Source: Azolla caroliniana (taxonomy: Eukaryota > Plantae > Polypodiophyta). Taken from it: a stretch of DNA of 64,000 nt. Each line of letters begins with the position of its first letter. Position 1 is the first letter of the stretch. The position numbers and the translations under genes were made by a program. The stretch spans positions 5,270,001-5,334,000 of the forward strand of contig JBHGNT010000002.1 in assembly GCA_043228905.1 (NCBI GenBank), in the 5' to 3' direction. Below the pieces are notes generated by a model, which worked only from the letters and a program-made list of their open reading frames with translations, ran no database searches and was not told the origin of the DNA. Below are positions 26,649 to 38,462 of the stretch, piece by piece.

Positions 26649-29315
26649 TGTTACGGGCATGACCATATAATATCCCGTGGTAAGAATTTACCGTAGTATT
26701 CTATACACGTGGATAAGTGTGAGGGTTAAACGAGAGTGTAAAGAAGGGGAGGATTACTTTTAATCCTCGGGATTGAGACAACCCATTAGGTCAAGTGTGA
26801 ACTTGCATGGGGGCCTTGGGTATCGCTATAAATAAGAGGCCTAACTACCCTCATTTGATCATCTTTGGACTACATCAAGACTCTGCTCGTGTGGTGGGTC
26901 AACTCTTGTAGCGAGCGCGCCAACACCAGGTAAGACTCGACGCCACGGCGGTCGTATGGGACGCCGATCGAGGCTCGAGTCCGTCTCGATCCCTTCGCTC
27001 GGGGGTGGTCGGGTGGATTGACACCCTTCTTTCTCTTTCTCCTTTCTATCTTTCATTTCTTTATCCTTATCTTAAGCTTACTTTAGTACCTAGATCTATA
27101 ATATTTCGGCTCCGGATCGTTGCGTGAGTCGGGTGGGAACCGCCGAGGTTTTGGACTAGGAGGAAGACAAATAAAAATAAGGCTAGTAAAGAATAGGTAT
27201 AAAGAGTTATAAAATAAGAATCTTGTGAATCCCACGAGTTTAGTATATTTAGTCAATATTTAGGTAGTAAGAGAGAATTATTTTAGCAAATTCGTGAATC
27301 CCACAAATATTTTAGATTGATTGATCATTATAGAAAAAAAAATCAACAAACTACAATGTGCTCCCCATCCTTATATAGTGATGGGAGAGACTAAGCATAG
27401 CTACATGCTTTTTTCTAATATGTTCATGCACACTAAATGTGCATGTGATGCTTTTCTAATCCTTGCTTTTATTTGCTAAATATAGTGCTCATGCACGCTA
27501 GATGTGCATGAGTCACTTTTTAGTTGCTTGCATTTTTCTATAAAATATTCACGCACTCTAAAAATGCATGATTTACCTTTTAATAAAGGTAGGCGCAAAT
27601 AAAGCACTTATAGTTATTAAATCTGTAGAACACTAAAGATAAGGTAGCATAATGGTAAAGTTGAGGTTTGGCTATGTGGAGGTGTAGGGTTCGAATCCTG
27701 CCTTATGCACGTGATAAATATTTTGATATATTATTTATTTATTTATATGTATCTAAAATCGGATATATTATTTTATGGTTTTCACGTAGTGTGTGGAATA
27801 CACTACGACAACGCACCTCGGGTTTTTCATTGAGGAAGAGGGCTAGATTATTGCGCAAGGGCGCAGAGACGGGAGGATGTTCATCCTCGACACCAATGAC
27901 GTTGGCACCACTCTAATTGCAAAAGGACAGAAGGTCGAATCGGACATCGACCTATGGCACAATCAGATAGGCCACGTCAATTACCAGAGGCTTCAAGACC
28001 TGCAAGCGAAACAAGTTGTTTTCGGTTTGCCGAAGTTCAGCGGCCGGAAGGCCCAAGTATGTGAAGCTTGCCAACTCGGGAAGCAACACTGGCTTCCATT
28101 CCCTACCGAACGTAACCGGAGCCGTAACAAGCTCGACCTTATCCATTCGGATGTGTGGGGACCGACATAGAATGTTAGTCTTGCCGGGAGTCGATATTTC
28201 ATCTCCTTCATCGACGACTATATGCGGCACACATGGATCTACTTCATTGAGCAGAAGAGTGAAGTCTTCGAGTGTTTCCGGAGTCTCCAAGGCATGGTGG
28301 AACGGGAATCACAGAGGAAGATCAAATGCCTGTGGTCGGATGGAGGGAAAGAATACTTTTCCGGCCAATTCAACAGTTATCTGCAGCAAACGGGAATTCG
28401 GCGAGAGTTCAGCTGCAGATACACACCGCAACAAAACAGTGTTGCCGAGAGGAAGAACCGGTCGCTTATCGATGCGGCAAGGGCAATTCTGGAGGAGAAG
28501 AGCATGCCCAAATTCTACTGGGCGGAGGCAGTCCAAACGGTTGTCTACATCCAGAACCGGATCGGTGACAAGGTGTCAGCTCACGAGCTGTATTTCGAGC
28601 AGAAGCCGAATTTGAGACACCTTAAGATCTTCGGTAGCATTGCATATGTGTATGTACCGAATGAGAAGCGGAGGAAGCTGGATTGAAAATCGGAAAAATG
28701 CATCCTAGTCGGCTATGCTCAAGAGCAAAAGGGTTATAAGTGTTATAACCCCCGGACAAGGTAGATCCGAGTTTGTCGAGATGTCGAGTTTCATGAATCG
28801 GCATCGTGATACTCCTTACTGACTCCGACTTCCGAATCTGACCTGATGCCGGTGTCAAGACTGAGAGAGAGAAAGAGAGAGAAAAAGAGATAGAGAGATA
28901 ATTGAAAGAGAATTATTATATTGAAGCGTAAAATGGATTACAAAGAGTAGGCTACAAAATGGCGTTGAACCAATTTAGGTTTGGGATGGGTGGTAGATCC
29001 CTATTTATAAGTAATAGAGAACTCTCTAGAATATTCTAGGTTATCCTAGAATGTAGAGTAATCTAGAAGATCTCTAGAGTATTCTAGAAGGTTCTAGTGG
29101 TATAGAACACTCTAGAATATTCTAGGTCATTCTAGAATGTAGAGTAATATAGAATATTCCTATGATATTAGATTTCATATTCTAGAGACTATACATATAA
29201 GAATATTAATACAATGGTTAAGGATTTGACATGTGTACAACAAGGTCGTAGGTTCAAATCCTTTCGAGTCATAATGTGAGTGTCATGATCCTTTCGATGC
29301 ATGATGTGACTGTTA

Positions 29316-32300
29316 TCATGACACTATCCCCCTTCTTCGACGACACGTCTCACGGGTCGTAGGGTTTGTATTAGGACCTGGTTTACAAGGATGTTGGCGA
29401 TGAAATGCATTGACGAGTTCTGCAGCATTGGAAAGATTTGTGGCAGGTTCCCAAGTTCGATCATTGGGGGTATAGCCTAGCCAATCGACCAAGTAATACA
29501 ACTTGTTGCGCACGATTTTAGAATCGAGAACGGCAGCAACTTCAAATTCAGGCCCGTCCAAGAACTCGACAGGTGGTGGGGGTGTCGTAAGACGGCCCGG
29601 AATTGAACTTGTAGTATAAGGTTCCAAAAGGGATACATGAAACACCGGATGAAGATGCATGTGCGGAGGGAGGTCAAGACGAAATGCAACATCACTTATC
29701 TTACCAGTGATCATGTAAGGGCCAAAACGTTGGTAATCCAATTTATTGCAAGGTCGAGTGGTCTTGATGTTGTGTTGGAGAAGCCATACATGATCCCCAA
29801 TGCGGAACTTTTTTGAGGAGTCTAGACGATGACGATCGGCAAGCCTCTTGTGTGTAAATTGAGCATCGTGCAAATTGTGGAGAATGTTAGCTTGAATTTC
29901 TTGGAGGCGACTAAGACGATCCTCGGCAGCAGGGTTGGTAGGAACTTCTGGATGCGCATTCATCGTCCATCGAGGATGACAGCCCGTATTTGCGAAAAAT
30001 GGGGAATATCCTGTAGAAGAATGGGCTGAGTTGTTGTAAGCGAATTCTGCCAAGTGCAAAAATGCAACCCAATCATCTTGTTGATAGTTGATGAAACAAC
30101 GAAGATATTGTTCCAATGTCTGGTTGGTACGCTCTGTTTGACCATTTGTTTCAGGATGATAGCCCGAAGAAAGCTTAACTGAAATGTGGAGAAGTTTGAA
30201 CAGGTGCTTCCAAAACTTTGAGATGAATTATGGACCACGATCACTAATAATATCATCTGGCAGACCATGATGCTTAAATACCTCCCGCATAACGAGATCA
30301 GCCGTCTCTTGACTAGTAATTGACTTTGTACATGGCAAGAAATGTGCCATTTTGGTAAATCGATCAACCACTGTGAGAATTGCATCAAAACCTTTTGAAA
30401 CTGGGAGATCAGTAATGAAGTCCAAGGATATAGACTTCCAAGGTGTTTCCGGAATGGGAAGTGGTTGTAGTAAGCCATAGGGTCGGTGACGAGGATTCTT
30501 TGATCGACAACATATATCACAACTCCGAACATACTCCTCAACAAAATGACGAAGGTGAGGCCACCAATAGCGTCGAGAAATTAATTCTAGAGTCTTGTGA
30601 ACTCCAAAATGACCAGCCATTGGTGAGTCATGGCAATGTTGCAAAACTTGTAGCCGTGGGGGACCATCAGGAACATACAATAAATTTTGTCGAAATAGAA
30701 AACCATCATGCCAATAGAACTGACAATAGTCATTACGAGGATTTTTCGACTGTGAGCAAGAAGCACGATCCGGGACGATATGATCCAAAACATCCTTGGC
30801 GAAATCATCAGTGGCCATATGATCTCGAATGGAATCAAGAAGAGTGGAATTTTCAAGAGTTGTTATGGCATTAACTACCATTAATCGTAATCGATTAGGA
30901 CCCAAAAGGATTTGTTTTTGATGCTCAAAAGCAGGTTCCCCTGGACAAAGTTCCATATAAGAGCGCCGAGAAAGAGCATCTGCTTTGCCTTGCTGCATCC
31001 CAGGGCGATATATGATGATAAAGTCGAAGTGAGTCAAAAATTGCGCCCACCGGGCTTGTCGCCGACTCAAGACTCGAGCATTTTGGAAATAAGTCAGGTT
31101 CTTATGATCATTGTAGACAATGATCTGCTGAGAAGAACCTTCTAGGAAATGTCGCCATTGTTGAAACGAATCCACGATTGCAAGAAGCTCTTTGTCATGG
31201 ATCTCGTAGTTGATCTCTGCAGCTTCAAACTTTCGTGAATGAAAGGCGACAGGGTGTAGTTGTCCATCATCTCCAGTCTGCGAGAGGACACTCCCTAGTG
31301 CAAAATCGGATGCATCGGCTTCGAGGATGAAGCGTTTTGTTGGGTCGACATGTGCTAAGATAGGTGCCGTTGTAAATGCTCGTTTTAAGCTTTCGAATGC
31401 CTCGGATGCATCTGAACTCCATATAAATGGTTGATCTTTATGTGTGAGCTGAGTAAGCGGAAGCACAACCTTGGAATAATCTTTAATAAATTTCCGATAA
31501 AAATTTGCAAACCCGAGAAAACATTGCACATCACGCATTGAAAGGGGCGTTTGCCACTCTAAAATTGCCTGTACCTTCATGGGGTCCATAGCAATACCAT
31601 TTGACGATACAACATACCCCAAAAATTCCACTTGATTCTGGCCGAAACTACACTTTTCTAGTTTTGCGTAGAGACCATATTCTCGGAGTCGGCATAGTAC
31701 TTGACGAACATGTGCATCATGCTCCTCTTGGGTCTTTGAGTAGATTAAAATATCATCTAGGTAAACTATAGTGAAGATATCAAGAAAATCTCGAAAAATA
31801 TCGTTCGCCATATGTTGGAAAACAGCAGGTGCATTCGTGAGACCAAATGGCATCACTGTATACTCAAAATGTCCATAGCGAGTGCGGAAAGCTGTCTTCC
31901 ATTCATCCCCCGGGCGAATCCGAACTAGATTATATGCTCCACGAAGGTCCAACTTCGTGAAATATTTTGCACCACTGAGACGTTCCAAAAGATTCGGGAT
32001 TGATGGTAGAGCATATCTATTTCGGATAGTCACTTTGTTTAGCCCTCGATAATCCACGACCAACCGAAGAGTCTCATTCTTCTTCTTAACGAAGAAGATA
32101 GGTGCACCAGCAGGGGATCTAGAATGCCGAATGAATCCGTTTGCCAGATTCTCATCAATATATTCCCGCAAAGTCTCTAGCTCTACAGGGGAGAGATTAT
32201 AAATTGGGCCCCATGGAGGTTCTTTCCCTGGTTGTAAGTCAATAGGGCAGTCGTATGGCCGATGCTCCGGCAATGTATTGGCCTTCACCTTATCAAAGAC

Positions 32301-32966
32301 ATCTGAAAAATCCTTGTATTTCTCTGGTAGTTTAATATCCGCGTCACGTGAAGTGGATGATGGAGTTGCTACTATTGCGAAGACGAACATGGCCTCGTTC
32401 CCCCCTTCCTCCCGCAACTGTCGTAAAGAGATGGGCGATAACTCCGGGGATCTATTAGCACATGTAGGAGAGAGGGATGCGGGATTTGTGCTTTTTTCCC
32501 GAGTCTCCTCAATTGTTCTTTTCATCCAATCAATCTTCGGGTTATGGAGTTCAAACCAGGGGAGACCTAGAACTATTGGGTGGTCCGGACTACGAATAAT
32601 ATTGAAAGAGATTATGCTTGCCAAATTGCCAAGAACTATCCTAATTGGCTCGGACTCCTCGACTATATCTCCTGATGCTATGGGACGTCCATCGATGACT
32701 CCTACGGCTACTGGGTTGGGAAGCTTATTCAAGAGGATGTTTTGTGACAAGGCAAATTCACGATCCATGAAACAAGAGTTGGCTCCAGAATCTAGAAGGG
32801 CAGAGGCTAGGACTCGATGACATGTAGATGTGGTAAGCTCGACTTGTGCTGAAAAAACTCGACTCACTTGATTTGATGAAATGGAACCACGACTAGGAAC
32901 TAACTCTACATAGCTAGGATGGTCCAGCCAAATGGCTCCTATTTTGGCCGGACTTACTCGTTTAAC
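29316..32966 (-). pseudogene. pol: Element D Pol (protease, RT, RNase H, integrase, chromodomain) in the -1 frame, one internal TAA at 30228
   Basis: LLDSGANSCF, YLDDILIYS, ADASDFALG, HDSPMAGHFG, ISDRGP, FEVAAVLDSKIVRNKLYYLVDWLGY...RTWEP chromodomain. Confidence 0.95.
32914..32966 (-). promoter_or_regulatory. Predicted -1 ribosomal frameshift signal (G_TTA_AAC plus stem-loop or pseudoknot)
   Basis: Heptamer ends one codon before the gag stop; 6-nt spacer; 11-bp stem GTCCGGCCAAA/TTTGGCTGGAC; loop TAGGA can pair with downstream TCCTA; the -1 frame is open into pol. Confidence 0.75.
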
Positions 32967-34078
32967 ACATCCTCTAATTGACTCAAGACATCGAATCTAT
33001 TCTCATGACATGGACTATGAGGCTTATTTATGTTATTAGAAGTAACAATAGAACTCGATGTAGGGTTTTCATGGGCACTTACTTGGTATACTTGACGCCT
33101 AGGTTTATGTGGACAATTTACAGCTATATGTCCTGGACCACCACAATACAGGCAGAGGCGATGCGCTCGACGTCGTTGCTTCTCAGCATCTCATAACGGC
33201 CCACGACGTTGTGTTGACTCTATTTCCATCGGAGTTGGGCCATCCCTTGTAATGGGTCTAGAAACTTGTGGAGGCGTTGCGACTACGGAAGCGTAAGTCT
33301 GTTCAGGTTGGCGGCATAACATTTGTTGGCGCTCAGAACGTCGCTCAAATAGGCGATTATCACATCGCACAGCTCGACTAATGGCTTCTGTAAGTGACTT
33401 CGGATCTTCAGGGAAAGTAAGAAGAAGATCTTTGACATCATTTCTCAAACCTTGACGGAATTGATCCATTAAAGCTGCCTCATCCCAAGGGATATCACAT
33501 GCCAAGAGACGGAAATCGGCTGCATAAGATGACGCGGGACGATCTCCTTGTCGGAGCCTTCGAATCTTGTTTATCGCTGTCCTAGTGCTGTCGGTGTCTC
33601 CGAAACTAGCTTGAAACTCTTTAACAAAGGCCTCGAAATCCTCCAGCAATGGTGATTTCTTCTCGAGAAGTGGTGCGAACCATGCTAACGCCGTACCGCA
33701 TAGCAAAGTTCCCACTAATCCCACACGAGCAGCATCAGTTGGATACCGATTGGGATGTAGCTGAATAACTAAACGAACTTGATTCAAAAAGCCTCGAAAT
33801 AAAGACCTCGTACCATCAAACTTGGCAGGGAGGCTGATCTTTGGCTCTCTAGGGGAGTTCTGAGCCCCCGACGCTTGCTCTCGTAATGACAATATAGTCG
33901 CCTCAAGTTGATGAACCCGCTGTGATAACTCTTCATATTGTTGAGCTTTTTCGGCGCTCACGTGTTGTAGATCTCCAAGTAGCCTTTGATTCTCATGCTC
34001 TAATGCCACAAATTTATTCGTGAGCATGTCGAGCTCAGAAAGAACACGCATGTATTCTTGTTTGCTCACGGACTCCAT
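32954..34078 (-). pseudogene. gag: Element D Gag (N-terminal coiled coil, PEG10/sushi-like capsid, CCHC) with one internal TGA at 33191
   Basis: LPAKFDGTR...GTALAWFAPLLE, LRQGDRPASSYAADF; after the stop the frame continues DAEKQRRRAHRLCLYCGGPGHIAVNCP...DVLNE*. Confidence 0.9.
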
Positions 34079-34152
34079 AGCTTATGAGGGGAGAGGAGAA
34101 GGAAGAAGAGAACTTGTTAGGGTTTGTGGAAGACGAAGAGATGAAAGGAAGG

Positions 34153-34164
34153 AAATTGGTTCAA
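34153..34164 (-). promoter_or_regulatory. Self-priming PBS of D
   Basis: Sense TTGAACCAATTT is complementary to AAATTGGTTCAA in the LTR (34279-34290), which starts about 26 nt downstream of the TATA box. Confidence 0.8.
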
Positions 34165-37100
34165 ACTGTCAAGACTGAGAGAGAGAAAGAGAGAGAAAAA
34201 GAGATAGAGAGATAATTGAAAGAGAATTATTATATTGAAGCGTAAAATGGATTACAAAGAGTAGGCTACAAAATGGCGTTGAACCAATTTAGGTTTGGGA
34301 TGGGTGGTAGATCCCTATTTATAAGTAATAGAGAACTCTCTAGAATATTCTAGGTTATCCTAGAATGTAGAGTAATCTAGAAGATCTCTAGAGTATTCTA
34401 GAAGGTTCTAGTGGTATAGAACACTCTAGAATATTCTAGGTCATTCTAGAATGTAGAGTAATATAGAATATTCCTATGATATTAGATTTCATATTCTAGA
34501 GACTATACATATAAGAATATTAATACAATGGTTAAGGATTTTACATGTGTACAACAAGGTCGTAGGTTCAAATCCTTTCGAGTCATAATGTGAGTGTCAT
34601 GATCCTTTCGATGCATGATGTGACTGTTATCATGACAGCCGGAGGATGAGGCTAGTGAGCCTGAACCGGCCCAGGTACAGGATGATGAAGCGTGGACTCA
34701 GGATGAGAGTTCCGAATCGTTCCGGTTGAGTGGGCCGAACGAGACACTGAATCACTCTAAACCATCCCGATGAGGAACCGACGAGTAGTGGAGACTCTGT
34801 CGTGCACTCCCCGCGCAAGGAACCAAGGAGACGGTTCACACGCAAAGAGAAGGGGAAGAAGAAGATGCCAGAATTCGAAACCTGCAACGATGAGTCGGAT
34901 TGGTGTGCATCCGACTCCAGCAAGGAGAAAGGCGGATCTTCGGCAACGAAGACCGAACCGGCCAAGAAGGGCCTCAAACCGGGTAACAGTGAGTTATGTC
35001 GGTCCACCCGCCAGAAGGATCCCATCAAGTGGTATGGGTACAATGAGTACATGGCGCATCAATATGCATACATGACTAAGGTTGCGGATGTGCGTGAGCT
35101 GGAGAGCTACGCAGAAGCGGCCAAGGACGCAAATTGGCATGCTGCTATGGAGGAAGAAATGTGGGCACTTGATGTCAACAAGACATGGGACCTGGTTGAC
35201 CCTCCTCGTCACTGTAAACCGATCGGATGCAAGTGGATATACGAGGTAAAGTACAACGTCGACGGTTCAGTTAACCGATATAAAGCCCGGTTAGTGGCGA
35301 AGGGATACGCACAAACCCACAGAATCGACTACAACGAGACCTTCGCTCCTGTAGCGAAGATGACGAGGGTTCGAGTGGTGCTGGCAGTTGCTGTGGCAAG
35401 GGGGTGGCATCTTCATCAGATGGATGTGAAGAATGCATTTCTTCAAGGTGATCTTGAAGAAGAAGTCTTTATGACTCAGCCTCCTGGTTTTCAATCGGAG
35501 ATGAACAAGTCGACGGTATGCCGGATGAAGAAGTCGTTGTACGGCATGAAGCAAGCCCCTCGAGCTTGGAATGCGAAGATCATGCACGAGTTGCGTAAGA
35601 TGGGGTTTGCGGCCTCCAAGTCCGACTCGTCGTTGTTCATCCGGCAAGGCTCAACCGGTCTGGTATGTATCCTGCTATATGTTGATGATTTAGTCATCAC
35701 CGGACCGGGTGTTCCAGAAATCAACCGCGTCAAGTCCCAGTTGTCGGACGCATTTGAGATGAAGGATCTGGGGGACCTTCATTATTTTCTAGGGATCGAG
35801 GTGATCCGAACCCCGGATGGTGTATTGCTCTCACAACGACATTACGTCTTGAATATGCCGACCTATATCCACACCCTTGGACCGGAACCAGAAGCTGTGT
35901 TCCAACTCCGGACCGGCCTGCAACGAGCAACAGTTCCGACAAATTTTCGGAAGCCTTATTTACTTGACTATCACGTGACCCGACATTAGCTATCCAGTCC
36001 AAATGATAAGTCAGTTCATGTAGAAGCCGACCGTGGAGCACCTTCAGTGCACGCAACGGATACTACGATATGTAATCGGCACGAAGGACCGAGGACTGTT
36101 ATACCGGCGTGGGATACCCGAAGAGCTGGTCGGTTATACATATGCCGACTGGGCCGATGATGCATCAGATCGCCGATCAACCTTCGGTTACATGTTCTCC
36201 CGAGGTAGCGCGACTGTTGCGTGGAGCAGCAAAAAGCAGCCAACAGTTGCTCTTTCGAGCAGTGAGGTTAAGTATCGTGGCGCTACCATTGCCACATGTG
36301 AAGCCATTTGGCTTCAGCGACTGCTGCAAGACCTACGGATCGAGGTACCGATCCCAATTCTAGTATATTGTGACAAAATAAGTAGCATGCAGCTCGCCAT
36401 GAACCCCGTATTCCATGCTCGCACAAAACACATAGAAGTGCACTATCACTTCATGCGTGAGCGTGTCCTGAGCGGTGAGGTTGAACTTCGGTATGTTCAC
36501 ACGAATCGGCAAGTTGCCGACATCTTGACCAAACCATTCGGATCGGACAAGTTGCAGCACTTCACCGAAATGCTTGGTGTTCAGCATCTCGATGTGCCAC
36601 ACTTGAGGGGGAGAACGGGCAAAGACACTAGAACGGACAAAGGCAAAGAGACTGTCGATTGCGTCGGTGAGGGAAGAACAGAAGGCGGTAGAGTCAAGAA
36701 GGACAGAGCCGACCGAAGGAAGAAGGCCAAGACCCGGACATGGTCCAATGTGGTGAAGGGCTTGGAACCAGAAGACGAATCGAGAGCAACTGATTCAGAC
36801 AAGAGCTGGAACAAATCGGAGACAGTCGATTCGAACCAACAGACGGATCCGGATGAACCGAATCAACTAGAGGCCAAGCAGACACAGACGAAGTTAAAGT
36901 CAATGCCATCGCGAAGGAACCGACGGATCGATAAGCGCCGGAGTCATAGCATCGAAGGAGCTGAGAGGGGCCTATTGAGCAAACATACCGACCGAGGAGA
37001 TCGAGGTGCGCAGAATAAGAGGGGTCGCGGCAAACCGAACCGGACCGGACGAGGAGCGCGAGCAAGGCGGAACAACGCCAGGAGAAGTCAGTTGGAAGAA

Positions 37101-37944
37101 CCGACTGCCACAAAGGCTGACACTAGGATCCAACCTCAAGTTGAGCTTGAGGGGGAGTGTTGAGCAGCAAGCTGAACTGGAGCCGGATCGGCTGGGTAAG
37201 CCTGAGCCGGCAAGCGAGACGGATCGGTAAGCCGGTGAGCAACAGAGCTGGTGAGCTAGGGAGCCAGTTAGCCAGATCCAGACGGTAACCAGAGGCCTAG
37301 TATTAGTTTAGACTACTAGGCAGTTATTGTCTCGTAGTAAGTGTCAGATGCTCGTGTGAGCATTGAAGTACGTAGTACTTCTGTCAGTCCCACGAGGACT
37401 TGTATAAATAGTGCTACTGAGCACAGTTGTAAACACACACAGAGTGAATATATCGTTTTTGAATATAGTTTTTATGTTCTGCTCTCTCTGTCTCTCTCGT
37501 GTGCTCTGTATATTCCCTACGTTCTCTGTTTTCTAACGCTTCCGCAAGTAATCGTTTTCAATAAAGCACCCATCATTGTTGAATCGTACTTGCATTCCTT
37601 GTTCAATAATCTGGCCGATCGAGACCAGGTTTTTCGTGATGGTAGGAACATGCAGTACGTTCTTGAGGTAGGTTTGTTTGCCGTCGTTTCCGAATGGGAC
37701 GTTCCCGATATGCTGTATTGGATGAGCCGTGTCATCACTTGTCTCAACATATCCAAGACATTCGGGTTTTCGTAATTCCCGAAACCAATCTTCATGAGAC
37801 TTCATGTGGTTGGATGCTCCCAAGTCAACAAACCATACATATTTACAAAACTAGCATGGTATGTCCATGAGCTAGTGTGAAACCTATTTCTATGGGAAGT
37901 TGAGTTCAATTCTCAACAATGAGAAATACAAATGTTAGTTTCTT

Positions 37945-37981
<37 letters not shown>

Positions 37982-38462
37982 GTTATCTTCTTCCTATCTC
38001 TTGTGTTATTGCTTGATTTCTTACATGGTATCAGAGCAAAATTAGAGACATTAATCAAAACACAAAACATTTTGTTCTTGGATTTATCCGGATGATCTAA
38101 GCAAGATGAAGTTTGAAGAAGAATCAGAAAACCTATCCACATCTAGATCAAACAATCACCATCCTGCAAATCCATCAAGTATGGTAAGAAAATATGTAGT
38201 TGAAAAACTAATTACTCACAATTATAGGATGTGGAAGACACGGATGGAGTTGATAATGGAGCGTAATAATCTAAAAGATATAATAGATGGTTCCATGAAA
38301 ATGCCCAAAAAAGAACCTGGGATGAGCATGCGGAAAAGCAAAGACCTTGACGCTAGAATGGAGATAATAATGCACTTAAGTGACGAGCAAGTCGATTATG
38401 TTCGAAACTTACACACATCAAATGAAATGAGGGAGTATTTGCAAAGGATTCATCAACCATCT

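Larger units (their letters stand above)
9540..27103 (+). mobile_element. Element C: chromovirus-type Ty3/Gypsy; LTRs 9540-9994 and 26649-27103 (455 bp)
   Basis: TSD TTTCG (9535-9539 / 27104-27108), PBS TGGTATCAGA 9997-10006, PPT AAAGAGGGGGAG 26223-26234; LTRs differ at 7 positions by eye. Confidence 0.95.
9526..27810 (-). mobile_element. Element S: about 0.7-kb solo-LTR-like insertion in E (9526-9539 + 27109-27810), split by C
   Basis: Termini TGTCGT...ACGACA; 4-bp TSD ACGC (9522-9525 / 27811-27814); removing it restores the E frame QVRFT|HLGFFIEE; minus-strand TATA (CTATATAAGG) at about 27370. Confidence 0.75.
28853..34637 (-). mobile_element. Element D: young full-length Tcn1/Tf1-like chromovirus inserted in E; LTRs 28853-29323 and 34167-34637 (471 bp)
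   Basis: TSD GCCGG (28848-28852 / 34638-34642), LTRs differ at 1 position by eye, minus-strand PPT GAAGAAGGGGGATAG at 29324-29338, no tRNA-type PBS. Confidence 0.97.
7768..37560 (+). mobile_element. Element E: Ty1/Copia inserted in F; LTRs 7768-8172 and 37158-37560; coding pieces 8268-9525, 27815-28852, 34643-37163
   Basis: TG...CA LTR pair (about 22 substitutions plus a 2-bp indel, counted by eye), TSD ATAAA (7763-7767 / 37561-37565), PBS TGGTATCAGAG 8173-8183, PPT GAGGGGGAG 37149-37157; gag, WYVDSGASNHM, integrase, YVDDL RT and RNase H with multiple stops. Confidence 0.95.
5352..37918 (-). mobile_element. Element F: deleted Ty1/Copia inserted in the 5' LTR of G; 3' LTR 5352-5633, 5' LTR remnant about 37840-37918; gag and most of RT lost
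   Basis: 37840-37918 matches 5555-5633. Probable TSD GTGAG/ATGAG (1 mismatch). Minus-strand WFVDLGASNHM (protease), LWHKRVGH, PQQNDVIERKNR (integrase), ADWAG/SSTEAKY/RTKHVEVHYHF (RNase H). The reading frame continues across the E insertion. Confidence 0.85.
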
